Counted from the stretch's first letter, positions 24,859-39,522 are shown. The stretch is DNA of 64,000 bases from Octopus sinensis (GCF_006345805.1 NC_042997.1:88164001-88228000); one strand, 5' to 3'. Made by a program: numbers and translations. The notes: a model not told the origin generated them from the sequence alone.

Positions 24859-27800
24859 AGAGGAGGATCAGCTAGTTCCTCACAGGCAAGGAACGCAGGT
24901 ACAAGATTTTCTGGGCAGGGAACACTGACGGGGTTGGTGGCGTGGGTATACTTATCGCTGAGAAATGGGTAGATAAAGTAATGAGGTAATCAGAGTAAGT
25001 GACAGAATACTTAAGATTAGATTAGTGCTTCATCATAGTTTAGCAACCATTATATCAGCCTATGCTCCTCAGTCGGGCTACCCGATGGACAGAAAGACCG
25101 ATCTATGACACTCTACTGCAGACTACCTCATTGACGAGCGGACAGAGACTTTATATTTGTGGCTGGTGACTTCAATGGTCACGTTGGACGACATGCTGGG
25201 GCTTTCCATGGCGTACATGGAGGCTATGGCTATGGCCCGCAACGAGGAGGGAAACCAGGCTGCTGGAGTCTGCGATGCAAATAATCTTATGATTTGCAAC
25301 ACTAACTCAGGAAACCTACCAGCCACCTAGTCACTTACAATCGGGCCAACATACCAGCCAAATTGACTACATCCTTACAAGGCAAAGGGAGAGATGGAGA
25401 GATGGTGCTTATAAATGCCAAACCTTCCCAGGTGAAGAATGTACCCCACAACATAGACTGGTAGTTAGTGACTTTAGGATCAGGACTAGGAGGACAACCA
25501 GAAGACGACAAATATGGAGAAGAAGGATCTGGAAGCTTAAAGATCCTGCAAATGGACAGAGATTTAGGGACATATTACTTGAAGCCTCTGACGAAGTAGA
25601 AGGGGATAGAGCATCACAGGGGGTAGAAGACAGCTGGACGTTTCTAAGGGACAACCTGCTGAGAGCCACTGACCAGATCTGTGGCTGGTGCAAAGTCCCC
25701 TCTCGACCTAGAATAACGTGGTGGTGGAACAATATTGTAGACAGGGCTATTAGAGAAAAGAGACAGGCTTGGAAGGTCTGGAAAAATGGGGGGTAGCAGG
25801 GAATGTATCAGACTGCCAAAAAGAAAGCTAGGAGACAGGTTTATTTAGCCAGGGGGAAGCAGATAAGAAAAAAATTTGCCAATGTTCTGCGCCGTGAGGA
25901 CCAAAGACTGGAGGTGTTTCGTGTTGCAAGACAGTGTGTGAGAGAGAATCGTGATGTGGTAGGAGAGAAGTGTGTTCGCATGGAAGATGGTTCACTTGCG
26001 CTAAATGAGGATGCGAAGAGAGAGGTTTGGAGATGCCATATGAAGGTTGCTGAATGAAGAAAATGAATGGGATAAAGAGAGTCTGCCGAATGTTGACCCA
26101 ACAGAGGGACAGCTATCCGAGTTGATAGTTCTGTGGTAGCTAAGGCAATTAGAAGCATGAAGACAGGGAAAGCCAGGCCCATCAGGAATCACTGCAGAGA
26201 TGCTCAAAATGTCTGGTAGTGTCGGCTATAGCCTAGTCACCCATATAGTTAATCAGGTGATACACAAAGGGGTCATAACCAATGACTGGTGTAGCAGTAT
26301 AATAGTCAACTGCTACAAAGGTAAAGGTGATGCCCTAGATACAAATAAACTACAGAGGTATCAAGCTGTTGGACCAGGTGATGAAGGTTACGGAGAGGGT
26401 CATAGCCCAACTAATTAGAGAGAGAGTTAGTTTAGATGAGATGCAGTTTGGGTTTGTGCCAGGGAAAAGTACTACTGATGCTATATTCCTGGTAAGGCAG
26501 CTGCAGGAGAAATACCTAGCCAAAGATAACCCTGTACCTGGCTTTTGTTGACATGGAGAGAAAGCCTTCGACAGGGTCCCCCGTTCCTTATCTGGTGGGC
26601 AATGAGAAAACTAGGGATAGATGAATGGTTAGTGAGAGCTGTGCGGGCCATGTATAGGGACGCCGCTAGTAGGGTGAGGTTGGAAATGAGTACAGTGAAG
26701 AATTCCGGGTAGAGGTAGGGGTCCACCAAGGCTCAGTACTCAGCCCCTCCTATTTATCATAGTCCTCCAGGCAATAACGGAGGAATTCAAGACAGGATGC
26801 CCTTGGGAGCTCCTCTATGCTGATGACCTTGCTCTAATTGCTGAGTCGCTATCAGAACTGGAGGAGAAGTTTCAGGTGTGGAAACAAGGATTAGAATCGA
26901 AGGGCCTCAGAGTCAATCTAGCTAAAACCAAAGTCGTAATCAGTAGGAAGGTAGACAAATCACAAACACCTTCAGGTAGATGGCCCTGCTCGATCTGTAG
27001 AAAAGGTGTAGGTAGAAACTCTATAAGATGCACCAAGTGTAAGCTATGGACACATAAGAGATGCAGCAATGTCAAAGGAAGGCTAACTAGGAAGATGGTT
27101 TTTGTATGTGGCAGATGCTCAGGAACAATAAACACTGAAAATGCTCTGAGACCAACTTCCGTCACTTTCCAGGGAGAAAAACTAGAAATAGTTGATAGTT
27201 TCCGTTACCTAGGTGACCAAGTCAGCAGCGGGGGGGGGTGTGCTGAAAGTGTAACTGCTAGAGTAAGAATAGCTTGGGCAAAGTTCAGAGAGCTCTTACC
27301 TCTGCTGGTGACAAAAGGCCTCTCGCACAGAGTGAAAGGCAGACTGTATGATGCGTGTGTACGAACAGCCATGCTACATGGCAGTGAAACATGGGCCGGA
27401 GTGATGCTGGGATATGCGTAAGCTCGCTAGAAATGAAGCCAGTATGCTCCGATGGATGTGTAATGCCGGTACTCACACTCGGCAGAGTGTAAGTACCTTG
27501 AGAGAAAAGCTGGACCTAAGAAGCATCAGTGTGTGGTGTGCAAGAGAGACGTTTGCGCTGGTATGGTCATGTGGCGAGAATGGATGAAGATAGTTGTGTG
27601 AAAAAGTGCCACACCCTAGCGGTTGAGGGAACCTGTGGAAGAGGCAGACCCAGGAAACCTGGGACGAGGTGGTGAAGCACGACCTTCGAACTTAGGTCTC
27701 ACTGAGGAAATGACTAGAGACCGAGACCTCTGGAAGTGTGTGCTGTGCGCGAGAAGACCGGCAGGACAAGTGAGTCCACAACCCGTGGCCTTCTACATGG

Positions 27801-28377
27801 GATGGAGCCAGCCTACGTATGCATACCTTCCCTTCTTGGGACACCAAAACTCTACTTGTGAAGACGTGTTGAGGCAAGTGAGGATCAGAATCGAAATCGA
27901 TCAATGGAAATTGCGGATGTGCTACCAGTGGCGGTGGCATGTCGAAACTCTGCTTGTGAAGACCGTTGAGGCAAGTGAGGATCAGAATCAAATCGATCAA
28001 TGGAAATCGATCATGGAAATTGCAGATGTGTTACCAGTGCCGGTGGCATGTAAGAGAACTTTCCGTTCGCGACCGTTGCCAGCACCGCCCCGTTTCGTGT
28101 CCGTTGCCAGCCTCGCTGGCCCTCGTGCCGGTGGCACATAAAAAGCACCATCCGTTCGTGGCCGTTTGCCAGCTCTGTCTGGCACCAGTGCGGGTGGCAC
28201 GTAAAAAGCACCCACTACACTCACGGAGTGGTTGGCGTTAGGAAGGGCATCCAGCCGTAGAAAACTGCCAGATTTGACTGGGCCTGATGAAGCCTTCTGG
28301 CTTCACAGACCCAGTAGAACCGTCCAACCATGCTAGCATGGAAACGGACGCTAAATGATGATGATGATGATGATGAT
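24859..28377 (+). mobile_element. RTE-clade LINE copy of the same family; 5' end lost in the assembly gap, many frameshifts
   Basis: Colinear with 58300-61709: endonuclease remnants, RT (PGKSTTDAIF, HQGSVLS, YADD), Cys cluster at 26987-27118, GSETW and GTCGRGRPRK, 3' UTR repeats, (GAT)n tail. Confidence 0.97.
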
Positions 28378-28694
28378 AGGTATGTGTAGTTTAGGACAAT
28401 CAGTAAGTTATAATAAGACTCAGTTTGAAATGCTGGTGCTAAGAGCTACGATGCATTCCCATCTGCTATTATGACAATAGATGCAATAAAAAAAACTTGA
28501 ATAAAATGGAAGTTACTCTAATTGGTAGAAAAAATATAAAAGATAAAATATACATACAACTATATTCTCACAATACATAGACATAATAACCTCCCACATT
28601 CATAATGTCTACATATGTACACACTTATGAAATTCCTAAACTACACATATAAATTCCTCTACCTAATATCAAGGTCTAATTCTTTTGTTGTCAT

Positions 28695-28733
<39 letters not shown>

Positions 28734-28985
28734 TTATCATCATTATTATTATTATATATATATATATGTATAAAAAAGTAAATATGTGAAGTATTATTAC
28801 TGTTAAAAACAGCAATAATGAGGTGGCTAGTAAGACTTGTACCTAAACAGGTATAAAATATTTAAAGAATAGTAGGGTAAAGATACAACTTGCTAAAAAA
28901 TTAAAGCGAAAGCTTCATAGATCCCCAATTCTACAATAAATTCACACACAAGTGCTGTAATAAATATTTTTTAAAATAGGCCTAC

Positions 28986-29043
28986 CTTCAGGATGGAATT
29001 TGAAGGTAGTCTAATACATATCCCAATATCAATTGATTTCATG
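28986..29043 (-). CDS. Candidate exon (58 nt)
   Basis: tgtttactcatgcacag|...CCTGAAG|gtaggc; reads MKSIDIGICIRLPSNSILK, loosely echoing LHFSIRYLIPSS of exons 5-6. Confidence 0.35.
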
Positions 29044-29224
29044 CTGTGCATGAGTAAACATGCTTTGAAATCCTCAGTTGGAGACAGTATTTAACATCTA
29101 TTTCTAAAATATTCATTACATCAACTTGGTGCATAGAATTGGTGGGGTTTTTTAAGCTTTCACTATAATTTTTTAGCAAGCGGTATCTTTACTGTTCTTT
29201 TCTTTAAATGTGTGTGTGTGTGTG

Positions 29225-29256
<32 letters not shown>

Positions 29257-29636
29257 CTTATGTGTGCATGTATATATTTGTAGATGTATGTATATGAAGA
29301 AATTATGATAAACACAAGTTTTTCTTATTAGTTCCTACATGCATTTAACTATTATGATTGCTTGGAGCTCTGCATTGGATGTTCCAAGTGCATTTGGACA
29401 GATCATTAGGGAACACTTTATTGCATTAAGTTACTGAGTGTGTGTGTGTGTGTGTGCATGCACACATATGCATACATATATTGTCACAAGCAGTTGTTTA
29501 GCTACTGGACATGTATTCTATCACTTGGTCAGTTGACAGCCTATTCTTTGGTCCAAAACAGAACAAATTGGTTGCATTACAACCAAAAAAACTCTTAGCA
29601 GCATATCTATGCTGAATGAAATCTGACTGGACTTAC

Positions 29637-29657
29637 TGTTGAGTTTGGCTTGAAATT
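29637..29657 (-). CDS. Candidate micro-exon (21 nt)
   Basis: aaatattcttag|AATTTCAAGCCAAACTCAACA|gtaagt; all frames are open. Confidence 0.35.
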
Positions 29658-30982
29658 CTAAGAATATTTACTGACTATGACATGACTGGCATCTAAAGCG
29701 ATATTGTGACTACATCAACCAAAATAACGACAGCAGCCCAAATATGTCAATGTTTAATAATAGTTCCTCATCTCAGAAATTCAGATAAAATTTATCTAGA
29801 TGTTGTTGTTTTTTACTATATTATTTATATACACACATACATACATACATACATACAGATTACAAGTTCAGGTTTATACCTGTAATTATTGGGACCCTGA
29901 GATATGTAACACACTGCCTAAATACCAGTCTTGAGAAATTAGGCTTCTCAAAACTAGAAAGGAGAAAGCTAATTCGAAGGCTACATATCCAATCCATCAG
30001 TGGAGCCATAAAAATCTGTAAAACTTTCCAGAAGTTTATCTTTTAAATATATATGAGCATGTCTAGATATGTAACTCTATGCATGAGAATATATACATAA
30101 AACATACAAATCTGAACATACATACATACAAACAAAAATACCCTGTTGTTGATGTGGAAATTCCAATGAAGGAACCTTGGGTCTAGGTTAGAAATCAGTT
30201 CTTTCTCTATTAGCAAGAAATTTTGAAATAAACTGACCATACATACATACATACAAACAAACAAGAAGGAAAATGCACAATAATTTTATGTTGAACAAAA
30301 TATATATATACTTTGTTCAACATAAAATTTCTGTGCATTTTCCTTTTCACATTTTCACTACAATTCACCACTTGGAAAAAATATTTTATCGATCCTTTTC
30401 ACTATGTGTGTGTGTTTGTGTGTTTATATGTGTGTGTGTATGTGTGTGTTTAATATATATGTACTGATATATTTATATATGCATATATACTGTTGTGTGT
30501 TACATGAGTTATGTTTGAGTACTTCTGTACCAATGTGTGTGTTCATGTGTATAAGTTTTATTTGTACCAATTTCCTTATTGATACGAAGACTATTTGTAC
30601 TTTAATTTTTACCTTCTTTTTTATCAATATTATTTCTTAGTCATTTTCATGAATTCTCTTGTCTCTATAAACATCCTGATATTCCAGTGCCATTACCATC
30701 TGTCTAAGTTAAATCTGCTAAAGATAGCTTCAGCAGTAATTTTAACTATCACAGATCAAATTGAAGATTTTTCCAGCCATACAGGAAAACATTCCCAAAA
30801 TACTCATTATACATTATTCATTGACATAACTCACTGTGTGTGTTAGTGTGTTTACATATAGATGGATGTACATATTAGTGTCTTATTTGATTTGCTATTT
30901 TTAATAGCTCTTCATTCATGTGTTAAAATATCTATTTAAGTTAGGCAACTTAAATATACTCAATGACCATCTATATACACAC

Positions 30983-31017
<35 letters not shown>

Positions 31018-33738
31018 TTTAATTGTGTACGCATATTAATGTGAGTAGGTATGTGTGTATGTGTGTGTATCCCTCTGTCTGTGTATATATGTTTGCCTAT
31101 GTATGTATATGTATGGTATGTGTATGTAGGTATAGCCTTTTCCTTTATAATATTACAGTCTTCTGAAGGCAGTGAGCTGGCAGAATTGTTAGTATGTTAG
31201 GCAAAATGCTTGGTGGCATTTCATCCATCTTTACATTCTGATTTCAAATTCTGCCAAGGTGATTATACCTTTTATCCTTTCAGGATTAATAAAATAAGTA
31301 CCAGTTGAGCACTGGAGTTGATATAATTGATTTACTCCCTCTCCTAAAATTATCAGTATTGTGCCAAAATTTGAAACCAATATTACAGTCTTCTCAACAT
31401 TAAGAACAGGTCCTTATAAAACAAAAGCCTTGTTGATACTTGAATAACAATGTGAGTTAAATTTTAAACTTCTAGAAAGGTTTTTACAGTTATAAGTACA
31501 TCATTAATATATAATGAATGTAGAAGTAGCACTGATCTTCTTTGTGAATTTATTCTAAGTTAGATCTCTGCCAAAATTCTGTCTCAGTCCCTTTTTTATT
31601 TAAACTAGTCCCTCGTGATACCATAAAGAAGTTTATATTAAATAGCTGAACTAAGACCAATCATGTCCATTTTTGAAAACCTTAGTTTCACAAAAGTTCT
31701 ATTTACAACTCTTCTAATTATTATCAATGTAAACTGAAATCATCATTATAACTATCTAACATCTGTTTTTCATACTAGCATAGGTTGAATGGTTCGTCAG
31801 GAACTGGCAAGCCAGTGGAAGAATGCTTCAAGCTCTGCTAACTGCTTTGCCATAGTTTCTATGGCTGGATGCCCTTTCTAATGCCAGCTACTTTATAAAG
31901 TGTACTGGGTGCTTTTTACATGGCACCAGCACTGGCAGAGTCACCAAGTACCTTGCAAGATAAAGATGCTTCAACTAAGAGAAGGGGTAGTACTGAGTAG
32001 GGTTGCTTTGCACCATGTTAGGGTACAGAGAGGTAAATATAAGTGAAGTGGTACAGAGGACTGGACAGGGTAAGCAGGCAGGAAGGTTGTGAGAGTGTGA
32101 TAGGAGAGTGGGAAACAGGAGAGGGTGAGTGGAATGCAGTGAGTGGTGGACATGGGGTGGATGGAAGGAGAGGTATTATGAAGATGAGTTGTGGAACAGA
32201 GGCTTGTCAGGGACATATTGTATGCAGGGGCATGAAGAGGACATAGAGACCTGATTGGAAGAAGGGAAGGGTATTGAGAAGATGAGTTGTGAAGGAGTTA
32301 CACATACTGTAGAAATATATTAGTCACTGGAGATTAAGTATTGTACTACCTGCTCACTTCCATTGTGGGTATGTTTCACTGTATAGGTAGAGCTGGTTCT
32401 TCTATCTTTCTTATCTCAGTTCACCTGTCTTTCAGAGAAAGGTGCCAGATCATACAGAAAGTATTAACTGTAATAAACTGATGTACTGTCCAAGGATAAA
32501 TTTATATTTCATCCACTTCTTATCAAAAAATTGCATCTAAGTACCAGCCATGAAAAGCTCTTTAGTGATTAAAACACATTCACAGTTACATAATCATTCT
32601 GCATTAGCTGACTATAGTTATTCTCTTTACCATCAAATTTTGAGATTCATGTCAGCTAGACAACTGACCTCCCTGACACCATGCAGTTTTTGCTTTCTGT
32701 CTTATAGAACAATATTTACTTCGTTATAACTGTATTTTAACCAGAATGTTCTAACAATATTCTTTGTTGTCATGTGTGTGTGTGTGTGTCTGCATGTGTC
32801 TGTCTATGCTTTCTGCTCAGGTGGTGTTAATGGAAATGACATTCACACTCACTAAAAACCTTCTTCCTGTGGCTTCTCCAATATTTTGATACACTTTCAT
32901 CTCTCTCTCTCTCTTTATCTCCATATTTCTATTTCTCCCTCTCTCTCTTCCCATCTTTCTCTCTCTCTCTCTCTCTCTATCTCCCCCCTTGGTACACTCC
33001 TGCTATCTTTTACCAATTCTCCATGGCCCCAACACCAGCTCAATATCATCTGTTCTTCCCCTATTAAATATCACACCCTCCACCAGCTCATAATCACCCA
33101 CATAATGAAGGACACTACTAGATTTTCCTACTCATCTTATCATTCTCCCCACCCCACCCAAACAAACTACTAACCTCTGACTCTGCTCTTACCATTTCTT
33201 TACTTTCTCTGGGCAGTGTCTCTTTTGATACTTGTCCTTCCATTCCCTCACAATACATCTATTTCTCCCCCTCATAATTTAACTACTCTTAACATATCCT
33301 CATCAATTTAAATTCAGTTTATGCCAACAACCTCTCTTCCATTCCTCCTCTCAGACATTGGGGCACTTTACGCTTACAAGTTACAGGGCAACCTCACCAG
33401 TGCTATTATCAAAATAACATGTACACAGAACACCCTCTGTAAATTGGTTGTCAAATCAAGCTGAAATAATGTAGGCTTAAAAGGACTCCTTAGTCTTACT
33501 GAGGGCATGATAACCTCACTAGTGCAGGTACCATGATAAAAAGCAAAAAGTGCAAACTGTTAAGTAGTTAGTGTTAGGAAGGGTATCCAGCCATAAGTCA
33601 TGGGAAGAAATACGAAAGATGCTACACGGATGGTAGTCAAACCAAGAAAGAAAGGTCAGGCTTGGCCGAACACTGATCACGTAGAAGGAGAAGAGAGAGG
33701 TCATGAGTATAATGTGTGTGTGTGTGTGTGTGTGTTTA

Positions 33739-34636
33739 TCTATTATATAAAAATCAATATCTGTGTGTTTGTGTGTTACTTATAGACTTGAAAACTACTG
33801 GACTGATCCTAATGAAATTTGGAACACAAAATCCAAGCCTAGGGAGAAGGGTAATGCTATATGCTTCATACAATTTTGAGGGGGAAGAAAGTGGAGAAGA
33901 ACTCCCTGTGAAAAGTCATATGCTTCAGATTTTGAAATTTGAACCATAGGTATTAGAAATAAATTATAAAATATATCCAAAATTTCCATTTCTTTGGATG
34001 ATTCTAAAACACCCTAATGGGGGTTTAACCCCCAAAGTTTAGTCATTTTTTATGACCAAAACTACTGAATAGATCCTTATGATATTTGGAACTTACATTC
34101 AATGCATAAGGCCTGGTATAATGCAGTATGTCTGATTTGAAATTGAGGGGGCTTAAAGGGGGCAGAACCCCGCCTCCCCCCGAAAATTCATAAATTTCTG
34201 ATGTTGATGGAATTTCAACCATTGGTAATTGACACAAATCAAGAAATATTCCCAAAGTTTCTGCTTCTCATGAGGATTCTAAGATCCCCTAATGGGGGCC
34301 TTGACTCCCAAATTTTAGTCATTTTTTTATGGTCCAAAACAAGGTCAAAAGTACTGAATAGATCTTTATGAAATTTGGAAATTATATTCTATGCGTAAGG
34401 GTGGATGTAATGCAATATATGTTTAGAAGTGAGAAAGGCATAAATGAGACCCTAACCCCCATGAAAATTCATATATTTTTGCTGTTGATGAAATTTTAAC
34501 CATACGTATTGGGCACAAATGCAGTATTTCAAATTCTTAGGAGGTTAGTAAGACCCCTTAATGGGGGCTTAATCCCCACAATTTAGTCATTTTTCCTAAG
34601 CCAAGACGAATACAATTGTAGTCTTGGAAGCTGTAG
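33739..34636 (+). mobile_element. Non-autonomous Helitron-like element with three internal 270-290 bp tandem units
   Basis: 5' A|TCTATTATATAAAA; units start aaaa(c/g)tactg...atga(a/t)atttgga at about 33791, 34058 and 34347; 3' hairpin CCAAGAC..GTCTTGG (34601-34627) followed by ctgtag. Confidence 0.65.
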
Positions 34637-34819
34637 AGTCAACCGAGGATACAAGATGAGCGTTATTTGTAATTCAACAGTACAACAGTGAGTTGACAGT
34701 GAGTTACTCAAATATGAGCTTCGAGCTTTAAGTGGCTGTTTTCAAACTGAAATATATATGTGTTACTGGCTGCTTAAATGGCAAAAGATATTTTCTTGCC
34801 ATTTAAGCACACATATCAC

Positions 34820-35515
34820 ACGTATATGCATGTGCATACATATACATACACATACATGTACACACACATATATATATATATATATATATGTATATACGCA
34901 CATATATCAATATACATACATTCCTCTTAACCCTTATACCATGTGCATACAAAAAGAAAATATACAGAAAAGAGAAAAGAATATAAAAAGTATAAACTAC
35001 TATATATATAAAGAATACAAAAGCATAGAAGAAGAAGAAGAAGAAGAAGAACAGCAGCAGCAGCAGCAACAACAATAACAAGGAAGGAAGGAGAAAGAGA
35101 GGAAGAGGAAAACAGTAAATGAAATCAAGAAAAAATTAATAAATATATAAATAAAAATGAAATTACAAATAAAAAATAAGATTAATAGTAACTAAGAACA
35201 GTGGGGAGAAGATTTAAGTCTATCAAGAATAAGGAAATGGAATATTTTGGAGTGGTCAGTATTGTTGTACATACACACACACACATATATATGTATATAT
35301 CCACATACACATGCATATATGTATTCATATATATACATACACACTCAGACATGTTTATATGTATACACACACACTCATACAGACATATATATACATACAC
35401 ATATATACATACACACATATATATATGCACACACACATATAGATACATAATGCATACATATGCATGCACACATATTTACACATGCACATATAAATATATA
35501 TATATATATATATAT

Positions 35516-35561
<46 letters not shown>

Positions 35562-35821
35562 GTACATATATATACATACAGTAAAATATTTACATATACA
35601 TAGATACATATATAGATTTGTACCACATTTACACAGTTAAAACCTCATACATGCATACACATACATAGGTGTACATACACATAAATACACAGATATGTAT
35701 ATACATGTACACACACACACATATATATATATATACATACACATATATACACACACATATATCAATATACATACATGCCTCTTAACCCTTATACCTTTGA
35801 ATGTATACACGCACATACATA

Positions 35822-35857
<36 letters not shown>

Positions 35858-36120
35858 TGCATACAAACATTCATACATATATACATATATACTCACACAT
35901 ATATGCATGTGCATACATATACATACACATACATACACACATATATATATATACATGTACATATATATATATGCACACACATACATATATATATATACAT
36001 ATATATACACACACACACATATACACATACATACCTTCATATTTACATACATACACACACAAACACACATATATATACATGTATATATACACACACACAT
36101 TCATGTGTATATAGGTATGT
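34820..36120. repeat. Large compound (CA/TA/TACA)n microsatellite field; similar fields at about 1150-1650, 2160-2340, 3030-3255, 13580-13690, 17275-17365 and 23960-24600
   Basis: Directly visible; source of the long IYIY/HTHT/VCVC ORFs. Confidence 0.99.
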
Positions 36121-36555
36121 ATATATTCGCATGTGTATTTGTAGGAACATTTTTTATGTTATTTGAAACATTGTCATTAGCATATAATTGTTATTTTGTA
36201 TATTTTTGTCAAAGCAGTCTTAGTTTTAAATAGCATTTCAGATAATTATTGCCCTACCATTTTACTTTAAAAGCAAAAAGTACTTTTGCTGATATTTTTG
36301 AGTAGTTGCTGATAATAAGTATCACTTCTTTAAAACCAGTTTATCATATTCCTTCTATTCATTAACAATATATTATTCAAAGCATTGCAATTTAAAATGC
36401 TAAGTTTTGTAATCGCTAGTAACATTTCATAATGATCGCAAACTTTTTACATAGCCAAAAATTTTGTCCTATATGCTAAATTTTCTTTACTATCTAAAAA
36501 CTACATTATCCCTCACCAATTGCTCATTCTTTCCAAATGTATATATATATATACA

Positions 36556-36599
<44 letters not shown>

Positions 36600-38441
36600 T
36601 ATATCCTAAATAAATATTAGACAAAGGCTTGGTCTGAAGGTACCACATTATATTGTTACTGTGATGTGAAGTAAACAACCTAAAGACTGTCTGGTGAGAT
36701 TGTTTATGTTAAAATATGGTTTAATGAATTGGAAAGATAAGGAAAGCTGTCAGAAATACGATGTTTACAGGCAATAGTTGCTCATCGGAAAAGTATTGGA
36801 TTTTGATCAATCATTAATATTATTATTTATAAAGAAATCATCATCATCATTAATATTATTACTACTACTACAACTACTACTACTATTGTTGTTGTTGTTG
36901 TTATCGTCATTGAATTAGTTATTGTTTTAAATTGAAGTAATTAACCGTTTTATTGTTATTGATTCAGGTTTATAAGTGCATATATGTGTGGGTATGTAAG
37001 TATGTGATTGCGTTTTCCTCACCATCAATATCTCCCTATTGATTTGCCAATTCCAATCTCCATTAATCACAAAAAAAGCAGCATGTTCAAAAAAGTTTGG
37101 ATCTCATTTTTTTTCCCCTAACTAAAAATTCATACTTGGTGGATGATTTTTCCAACATTGATCATACCATACTCTATATTATCATGCTATACCACACTCA
37201 CCTCCACTGCTACAATGCCACCCTTATTACTAAAAAGCTAATATTCCACTGTTTTTGCTACTACTGATACTGTTGCTGCTACCAGAACCTTTATCATTCA
37301 AATAACCACCAATGCTGCTTCTACTACTAATTCTATTACTTCATACACCACCAACAGTAATACTGATATGACTACTTGTATCAACACTAACACCACCCCC
37401 ATCTCTATAACATTGTTATATTTGTCTCAGTCTAGCTCGATGAAAAGTAATTGCTATTTCAAGGTTGAACGATTGACGTGGAGAAAGGTATCCAACCGAA
37501 AACATTTCCTCCCATACTTTATTGAAATATCTGGATTTTCAGACCTATGAATTTATGTATTGAAGAACAGAATATATTGGATGGTTCTACAGCTGGCTAT
37601 ACCATTAGCAAGTTATTAATTAATCTTAAACAGTCATATTTGTTTTCTTTTTACACATGTAAGCACTCCGTTATATAATCAATAATGCAGTCACTCAGTA
37701 AGTGATAGATATGTGATAGATTTGCAGTTCATGTCCCCTCCAGCGTGCATGTTTCTCTTTGTGAGTGCCGGCATGGCTCATTAACAAATGCAGTTTGCTA
37801 GTATGCAGTTCTGGTTTTGATCCCACTCAATGACATTTCATCCTTCATCATGACTTCAGGTGTCTTTTACCATGGCTAACCCCAGATCAACCAAAGCTTT
37901 GTGAGTGAAATTGAGTAGATGTAAATTGGGCTGAAGTTTGTTATAGGTCATCATCATCATTTTAACATCCAATTTTCCATGCATTTATGGATCAGATATG
38001 CATGAAGGTGTAGAAAGGAAAGAAAATAGTATTCAACATATATTGTGGGAGTTAAATGTATTTCTCAACAAGTTGATTCTGTGCCACTTTACTTAGTTTT
38101 GTGGATTTTGATCAATCTCTAGTTCAACATGTGTGTTACATTAAAAATATAACTATGTTCAAATTTGATCTTTTATTTCTTAAGAATTTTTCATATTTCT
38201 TTATTAGTCCTTCATGAAAGATTCTTAATAAAAAAGGATAAAACTTGAATATGGTAATGTTTGTAATATATTATATTTGAAAGGAAGCTGTTTCTCATTT
38301 TACGCAAGTGTATGTAAATCATAGGTATAGTTAATGTTGTAAACTATGTGAGTAGATTTGTAGACAGAAAGACCAAAACTTAGAGAAGCCCATCAGATAT
38401 ACGTATGCATGTATGTATGTATGTATGTATGTATGTATGTA

Positions 38442-38476
<35 letters not shown>

Positions 38477-39040
38477 AATGCATATATTATATATATCATG
38501 TATGTGTGTCTATCTGTTTGTGTGCACCCTTGTTTAGACATCACATGATGATTGTAAAACCATCATTGTCATACAAGCCAAGCAGTTCATTTCCCATGTT
38601 TCATGAGAAACATGTCTAGCTATGGGAAAATATTAGCTTGCTTGGAAACAAGTGAGGGTTGACAACAGGAAGTGCATGCAGCCATAGAAAATCTACTTCA
38701 ACAAATTCTGTCTGACCCATGCAAGCATGGAGATGTAGATGTTAAGTGATAATTATGATGAGGATGATGGTGTGTGAGCATGTGTGTGTATCAATTTATT
38801 TAAAAGTTATGTAAAACTTTCCATATTGTAACGATGAAGTTATGCTGTTATCACGTGTTGTATTGTAATACTTGTTACTTATTTTCTTACCAGATGTGAT
38901 TAGACAATTATACAATTGAGAGACTGGTTATAAGGATACTAAGAACTAAGCAACAGCAACCTGTATTACTTGTTTCATGGTTGGGAATGTTATAATGTTT
39001 CATAATTTCTTTTCTCTCAAATTCTATATTACAAAATTAC

Positions 39041-39119
39041 CCAAGCTGTATAATTTCTGCTATGTAAACCACTACTACCACTTTTCTTGGATTTTTTATG
39101 CACTTTCATCGTAGAGAAG
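39041..39119 (-). CDS. Candidate exon (79 nt)
   Basis: tgtttggtttgttag|...GCTTGG|gtaatt; the only open frame reads FSTMKVHKKSKKSGSSGLHSRNYTAW. Confidence 0.35.
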
Positions 39120-39522
39120 CTAACAAACCAAACATGTTTTTACAAAAGATTGGAAGCAGACAGCACTTGCATGATGGTGGCACTTGGTCACGATTATTAT
39201 GTGAAGTCAAGGCAAAGAGACAGTAGCACACTCACATATGCATACACATGCACACACACACACACACAACACACTGGGATTCCTTCAGCTTCCTTCTGCC
39301 AAATCCACTCAAATCCATGGTCATCCAGGGTCTACAGTAGAGAACACCTAAGTTGCCAAGCAGTGAGACTGAACCTGAAACCATGCAGTTGGAAGCAAAC
39401 TTTTTACCATGCAGCAACACCTGCTTCTTATCAGAGCGAGAGAGAGAGAGAAGAAAAAGAAGAAGAAGAGATAATAATATCAACAGTAGGAGAGAAATAC
39501 ATTAAACACAGTACCCTCTTAC

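Noticed and set aside
27623-28241. Long overlapping ORFs at the RTE 3' ends (also 61267-61675)
   Set aside because: GC-rich UTR repeats with few stops; no protein motif beyond the frameshifted RT tail.
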